Below are positions 27,310 through 37,061 of a stretch of DNA of 53,025 nucleotides, piece by piece; the first letter of the stretch is position 1; each line of letters opens with the position of its first letter. The stretch is from Parcubacteria group bacterium (GTDB lineage: Bacteria > Patescibacteriota > Minisyncoccia > Phycocordibacterales > UBA2100), in the NCBI GenBank assembly GCA_943358385.1, contig CALRGX010000007.1:1-53025 (forward strand), written 5' to 3'. Below the pieces are notes generated by a model that worked only from the letters and a program-made list of their open reading frames with translations, searched no databases and was not told the origin of the DNA. A program made the translations under genes and the position numbers.

Positions 27310-27423
27310 ATGCGCGTTAAAGCTTCCGTAAAACTTGCTTGTGTCAAATGTAAACACGTCCGTCGAAACGGCCGTCTGTATGTCATTTGCAGCAACCCGC
27401 GTCATAAGCAGCGACAAGGCTAA
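27310..27423 (+). CDS. rpmJ: 50S ribosomal protein L36 (not in the ORF track)
   Basis: Hand translation [37 protein letters not shown]. Confidence 0.96.
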   Translation: MRVKASVKLACVKCKHVRRNGRLYVICSNPRHKQRQG

Positions 27424-27435
27424 TATATATTTTCT

Positions 27436-27819
27436 ATGCTTCGTATTGCTGGAGTCACCGTACCTGATAACAAACGCCTTGAAATTGCGCTCACCTCTAT
27501 TTTTGGTGTGGGCCGTCCTCGTGCACTCAGTGTGCTTGCCACTTTGAAGATTGACGCTGGTTTGACCACTGCGGAGCTTACCCCTGCTCAAGAAGCTTCC
27601 ATCCGAGAAGCCATTGAGCGATTCACTATAGAGGGTGATTTGCGCCGACAAGTTGGTGGCAATATAAAACGATTAAAGGATATCAACGCGCACCGCGGTA
27701 CCCGCCACGCAAAGAAATTGCCAGCTCGTGGACAACGCTCAAAGACCAACTCTCGAACGGTCCGTGGTAACGTTCGAAAAACTATGACATCAGGTCGCCG
27801 CAAACTAGAAAAGACGTAA
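27436..27819 (+). CDS. rpsM: 30S ribosomal protein S13
   Basis: MLRIAGVTVP...IFGVG, IEGDLRR, RGQRSKTNSRT. Confidence 0.97.
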   Translation: MLRIAGVTVPDNKRLEIALTSIFGVGRPRALSVLATLKIDAGLTTAELTPAQEASIREAIERFTIEGDLRRQVGGNIKRLKDINAHRGTRHAKKLPARGQRSKTNSRTVRGNVRKTMTSGRRKLEKT

Positions 27820-27827
27820 AAAATACT

Positions 27828-28262
27828 ATGGGAAAAAAACGAATCATTCGAAAAGCAGGTGGAAGTGTGGACCAAGGACTCAAGTCCCGTTCGCTGTCTC
27901 GTGGCGCGCGCCGTAAAGTGGAAAAGGCGGTGCTCTACGTACAGGCGACTTTCAACAACACACTCGTCCTTTTGGCCGACACCTCGGGAAACACCTTGGC
28001 ATGGTCATCTAGCGGCGCCTTGGGCTTCGCTGGCGCAAAGAAGGGCACTCCTTTTGCAGCTGCAAAGGTAGGCGAGCTCATTGCTGATAAAGCAATTCAG
28101 GCAGGTGTAAAAGAAGCGGAAGTGGTCATTCGAGGCGTCGGCGCTGGACGCGAGTCTGCCCTCCGTTCTTTTGCAGGAAAGGGAATCACTATTACTCGTA
28201 TTGCTGACGACACACCGGTTGCCCACAATGGCCCACGTGCACGTAAAGCTCGCCGCATCTAA
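27828..28262 (+). CDS. rpsK: 30S ribosomal protein S11
   Basis: ATFNNT, KKGTPFAA, GAGRESA, DDTPVAHNG. Confidence 0.97.
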   Translation: MGKKRIIRKAGGSVDQGLKSRSLSRGARRKVEKAVLYVQATFNNTLVLLADTSGNTLAWSSSGALGFAGAKKGTPFAAAKVGELIADKAIQAGVKEAEVVIRGVGAGRESALRSFAGKGITITRIADDTPVAHNGPRARKARRI

Positions 28263-28274
28263 TCATATTTTCGT

Positions 28275-28877
28275 ATGTTGCAGATCACTTCAAAATACCG
28301 TATTGCAAAGCGCTTGGGCGCTGCTATATTCGAAAAGACTCAGTCACAAAAGTTCTCTTTGGCTGAGGCGCGTGCGCTCAAAAATGGTAAGCGCCGCCGC
28401 CCACTTTCAGATTTCGGCAAACAGCTTTTGGAGAAGCAAAAGTCTCGCTTCACGTACGGACTTTTAGAGCACCAATTTGCACGGTATGTTGGAAAGGCAA
28501 TGGACGAAGGGCAGCCTGCAGCAGCACTCCACCGCATGCTTGAAACGCGCCTTGATTCAGTCGCATACCGACTCGGGCTCGCAAGCACTCGACGTGCGGC
28601 ACGCCAGATTACTACCCACGGACACCTCACGGTAAACGGCAAACGAATGAATGTTCCATCACACACACTGCGCATCGGTGACGTGGTGGGTGTCCGCGAA
28701 GGCAGCAAGACGAGTGCTCTTTTTGCTGGTATCGCAGAGAAAGAGCAGAACAACCCACCCTCATGGCTTACCTTTGATCCGGCAACACTGAAAGGTTCTG
28801 TAACCGCTCTTCCAACATACGTTCCTGGCGAAGGTGCTGCAGACTACGCGCAGGTGATTGAGTTCTACAGCCGTTAA
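28275..28877 (+). CDS. rpsD: 30S ribosomal protein S4
   Basis: SDFGKQLLEKQK, LETRLDSVAYRLG, ARQITTHGH. Confidence 0.96.
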   Translation: MLQITSKYRIAKRLGAAIFEKTQSQKFSLAEARALKNGKRRRPLSDFGKQLLEKQKSRFTYGLLEHQFARYVGKAMDEGQPAAALHRMLETRLDSVAYRLGLASTRRAARQITTHGHLTVNGKRMNVPSHTLRIGDVVGVREGSKTSALFAGIAEKEQNNPPSWLTFDPATLKGSVTALPTYVPGEGAADYAQVIEFYSR

Positions 28878-28913
28878 TGCTTTTTATCCATTATTTAATA
28901 AGAAATTTTTCGT

Positions 28914-29873
28914 ATGTCGGACTACCATGTCACACTTCCTTCGAAGCCCCGCATCGTCAAAGATGAGGGACCTTCAGGTACCTTTGAAATTGACGGGCTG
29001 CACCCAGGATATGGGCACACGCTGGGAAACTCTTTGCGTCGTATCATTCTCTCCTCACTCCCAGGTGCTGCTATCACGCACGTAAAAATCGATGGAGTTT
29101 CGCACGAATTTTCAACACTCGAGGGTGTTAAAGAAGATGTGGTCACCATCCTCCTGAACCTCAGAAAGGTTCGCCTTGCAGTGCTCAGTGACGAAACACA
29201 GACCATCACTATAAAAGCGAAAGGTCCGGCAATTGTAACTGCAAACGACATCGTTGTTCCTGGCCAGGTGGAAATTTTAAATCCAGAGCAGTACATCGCT
29301 GAAATCAGCGGCAAGAATGCACTCGAAATCGAAATGCAAGTTGAACGCGGCCTTGGTTACGTTCCAAAGGAAGTTGTACAAAAGGAACGTGTAGACATCG
29401 GCACCATTGCTCTTGATGCAATCTTCAGCCCTATCCGCCGGGTAAACTACGAAGTAGAAAACATGCGTGTGGGTGATCGCACCGACTACAACCGCCTGCG
29501 CATCTTCATCGAAACTGACGGTACACTCCCCGCACGTGAAGCACTCGAAAAATCAATCGAGATCATGATACACCAGTTGAAAGCCATTATCGGTTTCAAG
29601 GAAGAGGAGCATGTTACTGAAATTGTTGCAGAAATTGCGGAAGGAAAGCGCTCAGACGATGACAAAGATGCAGAGCTGTTGAAAACCCGCATCACCGAGC
29701 TCGCTCTTTCCCCCCGTGTTGAAAGCGCACTTGACGGTGCGAGCATACGTACTATTGGTGGTTTGGTGCGCAAGCGTGAAGACGACCTCTTGGCAATAGA
29801 AGGTTTGGGTCAGAAGGGTATGCAGGAAATCAAGCGCGCGCTTTCAAACTTTGGCCTTACCTTGCGTTCATAA
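28914..29873 (+). CDS. rpoA: RNA polymerase alpha subunit
   Basis: GYGHTLGNSLRRIILSSLPGAA, VSHEFST, DAIFSPIRRVNYEVE. Confidence 0.98.
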   Translation: MSDYHVTLPSKPRIVKDEGPSGTFEIDGLHPGYGHTLGNSLRRIILSSLPGAAITHVKIDGVSHEFSTLEGVKEDVVTILLNLRKVRLAVLSDETQTITIKAKGPAIVTANDIVVPGQVEILNPEQYIAEISGKNALEIEMQVERGLGYVPKEVVQKERVDIGTIALDAIFSPIRRVNYEVENMRVGDRTDYNRLRIFIETDGTLPAREALEKSIEIMIHQLKAIIGFKEEEHVTEIVAEIAEGKRSDDDKDAELLKTRITELALSPRVESALDGASIRTIGGLVRKREDDLLAIEGLGQKGMQEIKRALSNFGLTLRS

Positions 29874-29879
29874 CATTCT

Positions 29880-30233
29880 ATGAGACACCACAGCAACAAA
29901 AAAATTCTTGGACGAGAGCGCAAAGGTCGCCGAGCGCTCATGCTGTCTCTGACCCGTTCACTCATTCTGAACGGTAACGTAGTGACGACCCTGACCAAGG
30001 CGAAGGCAACCCGCCCGTACGTAGAACGCCTTATCACAGTCTCAAAAGAAGATTCGGTAGCCAATCGCCGCTCTACTGCAGCAAAGACCGGGAATGATGC
30101 CAAAGTAATTGCCAAGCTGTACAAAGAGCTCGGTCCGAAGTATAAGGAACGCAAGGGTGGCTATACGCGCATCGTGAAGCTCGGAAAAATCGGAGCAGCG
30201 AGCAATGAAAGTGCCCGCATTGAACTTGTCTAA
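29880..30233 (+). CDS. rplQ: 50S ribosomal protein L17
   Basis: MRHHSNKKILGR, TTLTKAK, ERKGGYTRIVK. Confidence 0.97.
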   Translation: MRHHSNKKILGRERKGRRALMLSLTRSLILNGNVVTTLTKAKATRPYVERLITVSKEDSVANRRSTAAKTGNDAKVIAKLYKELGPKYKERKGGYTRIVKLGKIGAASNESARIELV

Positions 30234-30242
30234 ACTATTACC

Positions 30243-30593
30243 ATGACCTACGAACACAAAATCAACGCTGCCGGAAAGAAACTTGGACGCATCTCGTCTG
30301 AGGCAGCAAAGGTACTCCTCGGCAAACACTCAGCTCAGTTTGAAAACAACAAAGTAGCTGACGTGAAGGTCATCATCGAAAATGCAGGGAAACTCGACTT
30401 TTCTGATCGCAAGAAGGTAGGCGAAGTGCGCAAGCGCTACTCGGGCTACCCAGGCGGACAAAAGGTTGAGAGCCTCGGCGCATTCCTCGGTCGCAAGGGT
30501 GGCAAGGGCGCGCTGCAGCTAGCGGTAAAGCGTATGCTCCCGAACAACCGTCTCTTGACCGGACGACTCAAGAATCTCATTATTTCTGAATAA
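30243..30593 (+). CDS. rplM: 50S ribosomal protein L13
   Basis: INAAGKKLGRISS, YSGYPGG, AVKRMLPNNRL. Confidence 0.95.
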   Translation: MTYEHKINAAGKKLGRISSEAAKVLLGKHSAQFENNKVADVKVIIENAGKLDFSDRKKVGEVRKRYSGYPGGQKVESLGAFLGRKGGKGALQLAVKRMLPNNRLLTGRLKNLIISE

Positions 30594-30600
30594 CCTGAAC

Positions 30601-30996
30601 ATGGCAAAAGCTGACACATACTTCGAAGCAGTGGGACGTCGAAAGACGGCAACCGCTCGTGTTCGTATCACACCCAACAAGAGCGAAAGCATAATCGTGA
30701 ATGAGAAGGCACTCGCAGACTACTTCCCAACAGCGGAAGCTCAAAACGTCGTTCGCTCTGCCTTCAAAACCATTGGAGAAAAGTTTGCCATGACGGCAAA
30801 GGTGATGGGTGGCGGCCCACAGGCACAAGCGGAGGCAATCCGCCATGGCCTCTCACGCGCCATCCTGAAGCACTCCCCAATTTTGCGCAAAGACTTGAAA
30901 GTACTTGGTTTTCTCAAGCGCGATCCACGCGCAAAGGAACGCAAGAAGTTCGGTCTCAAGGCAGCACGTCGTGCTCCGCAGTGGTCAAAACGCTAA
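30601..30996 (+). CDS. rpsI: 30S ribosomal protein S9
   Basis: GRRKTATARV, GGGPQAQAEA, ERKKFGLKAARRAPQWSKR. Confidence 0.98.
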   Translation: MAKADTYFEAVGRRKTATARVRITPNKSESIIVNEKALADYFPTAEAQNVVRSAFKTIGEKFAMTAKVMGGGPQAQAEAIRHGLSRAILKHSPILRKDLKVLGFLKRDPRAKERKKFGLKAARRAPQWSKR

Positions 30997-31002
30997 CCCA
31001 AG

Positions 31003-31029
31003 CAAAACTCCGCGAAACGCGGAGTTTTG
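31003..31029 (+). terminator. terminator of the ribosomal protein operon
   Basis: CAAAACTCCGC-gaaac-GCGGAGTTTTG. Confidence 0.8.
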
Positions 31030-31062
31030 TCTTTATAAGCGCTTTCGGTATATAGTGGTTGT

Positions 31063-31614
31063 ATGGACGACACAGACCTCGACATAGATTTCGAAGCAGA
31101 GGCCGAGACCAGTGGCACCCTTGCCGCAGCACAGGCAAAACTTCAAAAAATAAAAGCTGATCTACAAGCCTGCAAGAAGGAGCGCCAAGAGTATCTGGAC
31201 GGATGGCAGCGTCTGCGTGCCGAAATCGCCAACCAGAAACGCGACGATGTCGCACATACGACCCGTGTAAAAAATATGGTGCGCGAAGAAATACTTGAGG
31301 ACCTGCTCCCAGCACTCGATGCTTTCGATATGGCAATGCAAGGGGGCGGATGGAGCAAGGTAGATGCGGCATGGCGGTCAGGTGTCGAATACATTCACAC
31401 CCAACTGCTTGCAACATTGGAAAAACACGAGGTAATCGCTTTCGGGGTGCCTGGAGATAGGTATTCACCACATGAGCACGAAGCCATAGCCGAGGAGGCC
31501 GCTGAGGGGCCGTGGCGTGTACGTGATGTACGCCGACGAGGCTACCGCTTAGGCGACCGCATTCTGCGTCCTGCACAAGTAACGATTACTGGAACAGAAG
31601 AGGCGCAAGCTTGA
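31063..31614 (+). CDS. grpE: nucleotide exchange factor GrpE
   Basis: WQRLRAEIANQKR, LLPALDAF, YSPHEHEAI, RRGYRLGDRILRPAQV. Confidence 0.94.
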   Translation: MDDTDLDIDFEAEAETSGTLAAAQAKLQKIKADLQACKKERQEYLDGWQRLRAEIANQKRDDVAHTTRVKNMVREEILEDLLPALDAFDMAMQGGGWSKVDAAWRSGVEYIHTQLLATLEKHEVIAFGVPGDRYSPHEHEAIAEEAAEGPWRVRDVRRRGYRLGDRILRPAQVTITGTEEAQA

Positions 31615-31639
31615 CACGGGGTGAGTTCTTGCGCAAAAT
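31611..31639 (+). promoter_or_regulatory. putative dnaK promoter
   Basis: TTGACA, 17 nt, CAAAAT overlapping the grpE stop. Confidence 0.45.
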
Positions 31640-31672
31640 ACTGGCGACTATAAGACGTTAACGACAACATAT

Positions 31673-33538
31673 ATGGCAAAAATATTGGGCATTGACCTCG
31701 GTACAACTAATTCTGCGATGGCAATCGTGGAGACGGGCGACGCACGCATCATCGAGAATGCGGAAGGCGCGCGCACCACACCTTCCATCGTAGCAATTTC
31801 AAAAACAGGCGAGCGCCTCGTGGGCGTTACGGCCAAACGCCAGTCGGTAACAAACCCAAAAAACACCATCTACGGCATCAAGCGCTTCATGGGACACCGC
31901 TTCCAAGAAGACGCCGTACAGAAAGACAAAGTCATCGTGCCGTATGAAGTAAAAAGTGGCCCTGATGGCGGTGTCGAAGTTGCCCTGCAAGGCAAAAGCT
32001 ACCGTCCAGAAGAAGTGTCTGCCATGATTTTGGCGAAACTGAAAGCTGATGCTGAAGCAAAATTAGGGGAGAGCATTACCGAGGCAGTTATCACCGTGCC
32101 TGCGTACTTCAACGACGCACAGCGTCAAGCCACCAAAGATGCTGGCAAGATTGCAGGGCTGGATGTAAAACGCATCATCAACGAACCGACGGCAGCGGCT
32201 CTTGCCTACGGATTCAACAAGAATAAGAACGAAAAGATTGCAGTCTTCGACTTTGGAGGTGGAACTTTTGACATATCAATTCTGGAGGTGACTACGAGTG
32301 ATGGAGAAGGATCTATCGAAGTGAAGTCGACCGACGGCGACGCGCACATGGGCGGACGAGACATTGACCAAAAAATTATTCAATGGATGATTGCTGAATT
32401 CAAGCGCGAGGCCGGCATCGACATTGGGAAAGACGCACTTGCTCTTCAGCGCCTGGACGAAGCGGCAGAGAAGGCAAAAATAGAGCTTTCCACCACGACT
32501 GACAGCGAAATAAACATCCCATTCATCACCTCTGATCAGGATGGACCAAAGCACCTCCTCCTAAAACTTTCCCGCGCTAAGCTTGAAGAACTGGCGAGCG
32601 AATATGTCGAGCGATCCATCACGATTACCAAGCGCGCACTCGAAGCGTCACCATTCAAGGCAGGGGAGATCGACGAAATTGTGCTCGTGGGAGGACAAAC
32701 ACGCATGCCTATCATCATGGCGAAAGTGAAAGAATTGTTTGGAAAAGAGCCAAACAAATCCATCAATCCCGATGAAGTCGTGGCGCTCGGTGCTGCTATT
32801 CAAGGCGGTATCATGCAGGGAGATGTGAAGGACGTTCTTTTGTTGGACGTGATCCCACTTTCTCTCGGTATTGAAACGATGGGTGGAGTGGCGACCAAGC
32901 TGATTGAGCGTAACACCACTATTCCCACCAGTCGCTCGCAAGTTTTCTCAACCGCAGCAGATAATCAAACATCCGTCGAGATTCACGTAGTGCAGGGTGA
33001 ACGAAATATGGCAACCGATAACAAATCACTCGGCCGCTTTATCCTTGATGGTATCGCCCCCTCACAGCGTGGCTTGCCGCAGATCGAAGTGACCTTCGAC
33101 ATTGATGCAAATGGCATCCTACAGGTAAAAGCAAAAGATAAAGGCACCAACAAAGAGCAGACCATTCGCATCGAGGCGCGCTCAGGACTCACTGAGGACG
33201 ACATCAAAAAGATGCAAAAAGACGCCGAGCTACATGCCGACGAAGATCTTAAAAAGAAGGAGCTTGCGGAGGCCAAAAACCTTGCAGAACAGCTCATCTA
33301 CACAGCAGAAAAATCAGCTAAAGAACATGATGCAAAGCTCGATCAGGAACTCAAGGACCTCCTCCAGACAAACATTGCCTCATTGAAGGCAACACGTGAC
33401 ACCAATGACGCTGTTGCGATTAAAGCCGCGACTGAAACGCTCTCAACCAATCTCCAAAAAATTGGGGAGGCAGTCTCGAAATCTAACAGCACGCCACCTC
33501 CTACCGAAACACCCGATCAGCCTGCGGAAACGGCATAA
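31673..33538 (+). CDS. dnaK: chaperone DnaK
   Basis: [36 protein letters not shown]. Confidence 0.99.
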   Translation: MAKILGIDLGTTNSAMAIVETGDARIIENAEGARTTPSIVAISKTGERLVGVTAKRQSVTNPKNTIYGIKRFMGHRFQEDAVQKDKVIVPYEVKSGPDGGVEVALQGKSYRPEEVSAMILAKLKADAEAKLGESITEAVITVPAYFNDAQRQATKDAGKIAGLDVKRIINEPTAAALAYGFNKNKNEKIAVFDFGGGTFDISILEVTTSDGEGSIEVKSTDGDAHMGGRDIDQKIIQWMIAEFKREAGIDIGKDALALQRLDEAAEKAKIELSTTTDSEINIPFITSDQDGPKHLLLKLSRAKLEELASEYVERSITITKRALEASPFKAGEIDEIVLVGGQTRMPIIMAKVKELFGKEPNKSINPDEVVALGAAIQGGIMQGDVKDVLLLDVIPLSLGIETMGGVATKLIERNTTIPTSRSQVFSTAADNQTSVEIHVVQGERNMATDNKSLGRFILDGIAPSQRGLPQIEVTFDIDANGILQVKAKDKGTNKEQTIRIEARSGLTEDDIKKMQKDAELHADEDLKKKELAEAKNLAEQLIYTAEKSAKEHDAKLDQELKDLLQTNIASLKATRDTNDAVAIKAATETLSTNLQKIGEAVSKSNSTPPPTETPDQPAETA

Positions 33539-33540
33539 TC

Positions 33541-33577
33541 AAAGGAAAGAGGCGAGGAAATCTCACCTCTTTCCTTT
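33541..33577 (+). terminator. terminator-like hairpin after dnaK
   Basis: AAAGGAAAGAGG...CCTCTTTCCTTT, 12-bp stem. Confidence 0.65.
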
Positions 33578-33604
33578 TAAGACGAAAAAAACTATACTAC
33601 CCGC

Positions 33605-34657
33605 ATGAAGGATTACTACTCCATATTGGGCATCACCAAAAGCGCCACAGAGGACGACGTAAAAAAAGCATTCCGCAAACTCGCGCATAAGTATCACCCC
33701 GACAAGAAGGGTGGCGATGAAGCTAAGTTCAAAGAAATTAGTGAGGCTTACACCGTGCTTTCTGATAAAAAGAAACGCGCAGAATACGATGCTTACGGTC
33801 GCACGTTCCAGCAAGGCACAGGTCCGGGGCCTGGTGGATTTGACAACTCGGGGTTCGGCGGGTTTGAAGGCTTCCAAGACTTTGACTTTGGCGATATCTT
33901 CTCCGAGTTCTTTGGCAATCGTGGTGCCGCACCAAAGCGCGGGCGTGATATATCAATTGATCTAGAACTTACGTTCAAAGATTCCGTCTTTGGCGTTGAA
34001 CGTCGTGTACTACTCACCAAACTGGGAATTTGTGACGCGTGTACGGGCTCTGGCGCAAAGCCAGGCAGTTCGGTTGAGACCTGTGGCGGCTGCGGAGGGC
34101 AAGGGAGTGTCCGCGAAGCTCGCTCAACAGTCTTTGGTTCTTTCACTACCACGCGCGAATGTCCACAGTGCAAAGGGCGTGGAACGATTCCAAAAGAAAC
34201 GTGCCGCACCTGTGCAGGACGCGGCGTGGCTCGCCAGCAAGACGAAGTAAAAATCTCCGTACCTGCGGGAATCAACAACGGCGAAATGATTCGCATGCCC
34301 GGACGTGGCGAAGCAGTTGCCGCTGGTTCGCCAGGAGATTTGTACATAAAGATTCACGTGAAGACTGATCCACGTTTCAAGCGAGAGGGGAACCTTCTCT
34401 CAACCACTATCGCCATTAAACTGAGCGATGCACTCTTAGGCGCTACGTACGACGTTGAAACACTCGATGGCACGGTGCCTCTTTCGATTCCCGCTGGAGT
34501 GAGCCATGGCGAAACGCTGCGCATTAAAGGGAAAGGGGTACCGCTCCCTAAAAATGAGCGTGGTGATTTTATGGTGCGCCTCACCATTTCACTGCCATCA
34601 AAACTATCCAAGAAGGCACGAACACTCGTTGAGGATTTGCGCATCGAAGGGTTATAA
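33605..34657 (+). CDS. dnaJ: chaperone DnaJ
   Basis: J domain with HPD, G/F region, four CxxCxGxG repeats. Confidence 0.98.
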   Translation: MKDYYSILGITKSATEDDVKKAFRKLAHKYHPDKKGGDEAKFKEISEAYTVLSDKKKRAEYDAYGRTFQQGTGPGPGGFDNSGFGGFEGFQDFDFGDIFSEFFGNRGAAPKRGRDISIDLELTFKDSVFGVERRVLLTKLGICDACTGSGAKPGSSVETCGGCGGQGSVREARSTVFGSFTTTRECPQCKGRGTIPKETCRTCAGRGVARQQDEVKISVPAGINNGEMIRMPGRGEAVAAGSPGDLYIKIHVKTDPRFKREGNLLSTTIAIKLSDALLGATYDVETLDGTVPLSIPAGVSHGETLRIKGKGVPLPKNERGDFMVRLTISLPSKLSKKARTLVEDLRIEGL

Positions 34658-34664
34658 TTACCAC

Positions 34665-35150
34665 ATGAACCTCGATGCTATTTTTGCACTCGTGAGTGTT
34701 GATATCATCATCCTGCTCTGTGTCGCTGTCGTCTTAGCACTGGTTGCCTTGCGTCTCAATGTAGTCATTCCCGCAACACTGGTGCTGTCCCTATTTCTGG
34801 CAAACACTTTGCAGCCACTCCTCAACGGCACCGCTTTTATAGGGGGCATGTTTACTACATCTTCGCCGCTCATTGCTTTCTGCGTACTCTTCACGCTTTT
34901 GGCAATTCTTTTCTTTCGATTGCTCACGCGTCATATGCGCGAAGAGGCCACGCTTACGGGTGCACTACTCTCCGGAGCAGCGGGTACTGTCGGCATATTT
35001 GCAGCATGGGTACAAACACCGCTCTTGCACTCGCTGCATACCTTTAACGCACCCCTCACTGCCTGGTTTACCGCAGGAACGCTCTTGTTATGGATTTTTG
35101 GTAGTCTTATAGCGCTCGGTTTTGCGCAACGGCAATCGCGTTGGATATGA
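34665..35150 (+). CDS. hypothetical polytopic membrane protein
   Basis: Start reassigned to MNLDAIF (TATAAT 6 nt upstream); about 5 TM helices; ATGA overlap with the next gene. Confidence 0.7.
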   Translation: MNLDAIFALVSVDIIILLCVAVVLALVALRLNVVIPATLVLSLFLANTLQPLLNGTAFIGGMFTTSSPLIAFCVLFTLLAILFFRLLTRHMREEATLTGALLSGAAGTVGIFAAWVQTPLLHSLHTFNAPLTAWFTAGTLLLWIFGSLIALGFAQRQSRWI

Positions 35151-35884
35151 GTGACGCGATTGCCATAGCGAATCGGCCAAGTCCTGCCGTTTCCACTGGG
35201 AGTGCGTGGCTATGGCAAGTCATAAAAATGCTCCCCTATGTTTGGCAAAGTGGCACATGGCTCTTGGGCTATGTGCTGCTTCGTTTTTTCGGGCGCTTCA
35301 CCGTCTCGGGCATAGAAAACATTCCTTATTCACAGAAAGGAGGACTCATCTTGGCGGCAAATCACGACAGCGACCTTGATGGCGTTATGCTCTTGGCAGG
35401 ATTTGCGCCATTTTCAAGGCACTTCCCACTATATTACGTCGCAAAGTCGCGCGGCGACTACGCATGGGATGATTCATTAAGGAAGCTCATTTACCGCTCG
35501 TGGTTCTTCTGGTTGATTGGTGCATTTCCTGTGGTGACCAAAGCACGAGATTACGCACTTTCACTCGCACTGCATGAGCGGCTTTTACACGATGGACATA
35601 CGGTCGCCATTTTCCCTGAAGGGTCCTTCCACAAGAAAACCACCGAGCTCAAAGCCCGAGGTGGTGTGGTGTACTTGTCTGAGCAAACCAAGTGCCCCAT
35701 CATTCCCGTACGCATCACCGGCACCGATGACATCTCGATTGCATCATTCCTTTTGCGCAAACACACCCTGCATGTACACTATGATGTGCCCAAAACCAGC
35801 GCGCAACTTTTAGAAGGGGATCTCGGCCCTGACCGATACAAGCATGCAGCACTGGCGCTGATGAAGCATATCTATTCACTCTAG
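35147..35884 (+). CDS. PlsC-type (lysophospholipid) acyltransferase
   Basis: LILAANHDSDLD (HxxxxD), VAKS, IGAFPV, VAIFPEG, PIIPV. Confidence 0.9.
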   Translation: MSDAIAIANRPSPAVSTGSAWLWQVIKMLPYVWQSGTWLLGYVLLRFFGRFTVSGIENIPYSQKGGLILAANHDSDLDGVMLLAGFAPFSRHFPLYYVAKSRGDYAWDDSLRKLIYRSWFFWLIGAFPVVTKARDYALSLALHERLLHDGHTVAIFPEGSFHKKTTELKARGGVVYLSEQTKCPIIPVRITGTDDISIASFLLRKHTLHVHYDVPKTSAQLLEGDLGPDRYKHAALALMKHIYSL

Positions 35885-35888
35885 AGAT

Positions 35889-37058
35889 ATGCGTATCATG
35901 ACCGAGCTCCACAATATGGCAGCGCTTCTGCGTGATGCGTTGTATCTGGTCCTCCCGTACCGTCTCACGCGCAGTGCTGAGTATCGCTTTGCTTTTTTAG
36001 TGCACCCACGCAGTAGGCGAGACCTCTTCCGGAAAGTGCCGATTCTGAAGCACGTTCCCGCATCGGTCGTATCCTGGTTTGAGTATCATTGGCCTCCGGC
36101 AATTGTCTCTCCCATTACAGGGCTCACTGATGCAGATGGAAACAAAATTGTGGGGTATGTCATTGGTATCCCCATGTCACCCGAAGCAATGCTCCGAGAT
36201 CGTGAACACGCACTTATTCAAATTCGTCACGGCGTACAGCTAGCCAGAGCACACGGCGCACGCATCATCGGACTCGGCGCACTTACCTCATCGCTCTCAA
36301 AAGGCGGACTCGACTTGATAGATATTCCTGATATTGCGATAACAACAGGGCATGCCTTCACGGGTTACACCGTATCGCAAACACTTCTTACTCTGATGTC
36401 CCGTGCAGGCGTGTCACCACACGAAGCTCCTACTGCAGTGGTGGGTGCAGCTGGTTCGATCGGTACCATCAGCGCACATCTTCTTGCCCGCGCTGGCGTG
36501 CGCAACTTTCTTTTCATTGACATAGCTCGAAAGCGCACGAAAGTTGACGAATTGATGAATGAACTGCAACGCCAATACGCTGACTGCACCATGCGCTACA
36601 GTGAGAACATAGCTTCTTTGCGAGAGTGCACATTCATCGTAACTGCAACAAACACACCTGAAGCATTGGTAAAAGCGGAACATGTTTTACCAGGGACCGT
36701 TATTGTGGATGACGCACAACCATCCGACATCGAAGAGGCGCTGTGGAAAAGTGAGAAGGTCCTTGTGGCATCCGCAGGGGCAGTGTTCACGCCGGGCATT
36801 TCATCAAATTTCCCTATGGGTCTCGCAGGCCGTGAAGACAATTACTGTTGTCTCGCAGAAGTGTTAGCGCTCGCCCATGAGAAAAAGGACGAGCACTTTG
36901 TGCTGAATCGTCCTACACTCGACATGGTGGATACCGTAGCGACCATCGCACAGACGTTGCACTTTCGGGTTGCCGACATTCAGGGACCAAGTGGTTACAT
37001 ACCCACAGAGAAGATCGACACAATTCTCAAGGAGGCCAAAAAGCGCTGTACAGTATAG
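35889..37058 (+). CDS. acyl-ACP/CoA reductase-like NAD(P)-binding protein (cyanobacterial AAR / COG5322 family)
   Basis: Motif-by-motif similarity to cyanobacterial AAR: FAFLVH, PPAIVSPIT, GARIIGLGALTS, TTGHAFT, AVVGAAGSIG, VIVDDAQP, YCCLAE (catalytic Cys position). Confidence 0.78.
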   Translation: MRIMTELHNMAALLRDALYLVLPYRLTRSAEYRFAFLVHPRSRRDLFRKVPILKHVPASVVSWFEYHWPPAIVSPITGLTDADGNKIVGYVIGIPMSPEAMLRDREHALIQIRHGVQLARAHGARIIGLGALTSSLSKGGLDLIDIPDIAITTGHAFTGYTVSQTLLTLMSRAGVSPHEAPTAVVGAAGSIGTISAHLLARAGVRNFLFIDIARKRTKVDELMNELQRQYADCTMRYSENIASLRECTFIVTATNTPEALVKAEHVLPGTVIVDDAQPSDIEEALWKSEKVLVASAGAVFTPGISSNFPMGLAGREDNYCCLAEVLALAHEKKDEHFVLNRPTLDMVDTVATIAQTLHFRVADIQGPSGYIPTEKIDTILKEAKKRCTV

Positions 37059-37061
37059 GAG

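Noticed and set aside
6011-31576. Long antisense or alternative-frame ORFs (e.g. 6011-6637, 20633-21097, 30956-31576)
   Set aside because: They are shadows of well-supported genes on the other strand, with no recognisable motifs.
31030-31672. CIRCE/HrcA control of grpE-dnaK-dnaJ
   Set aside because: No TTAGCACTC-N9-GAGTGCTAA and no hrcA gene seen.
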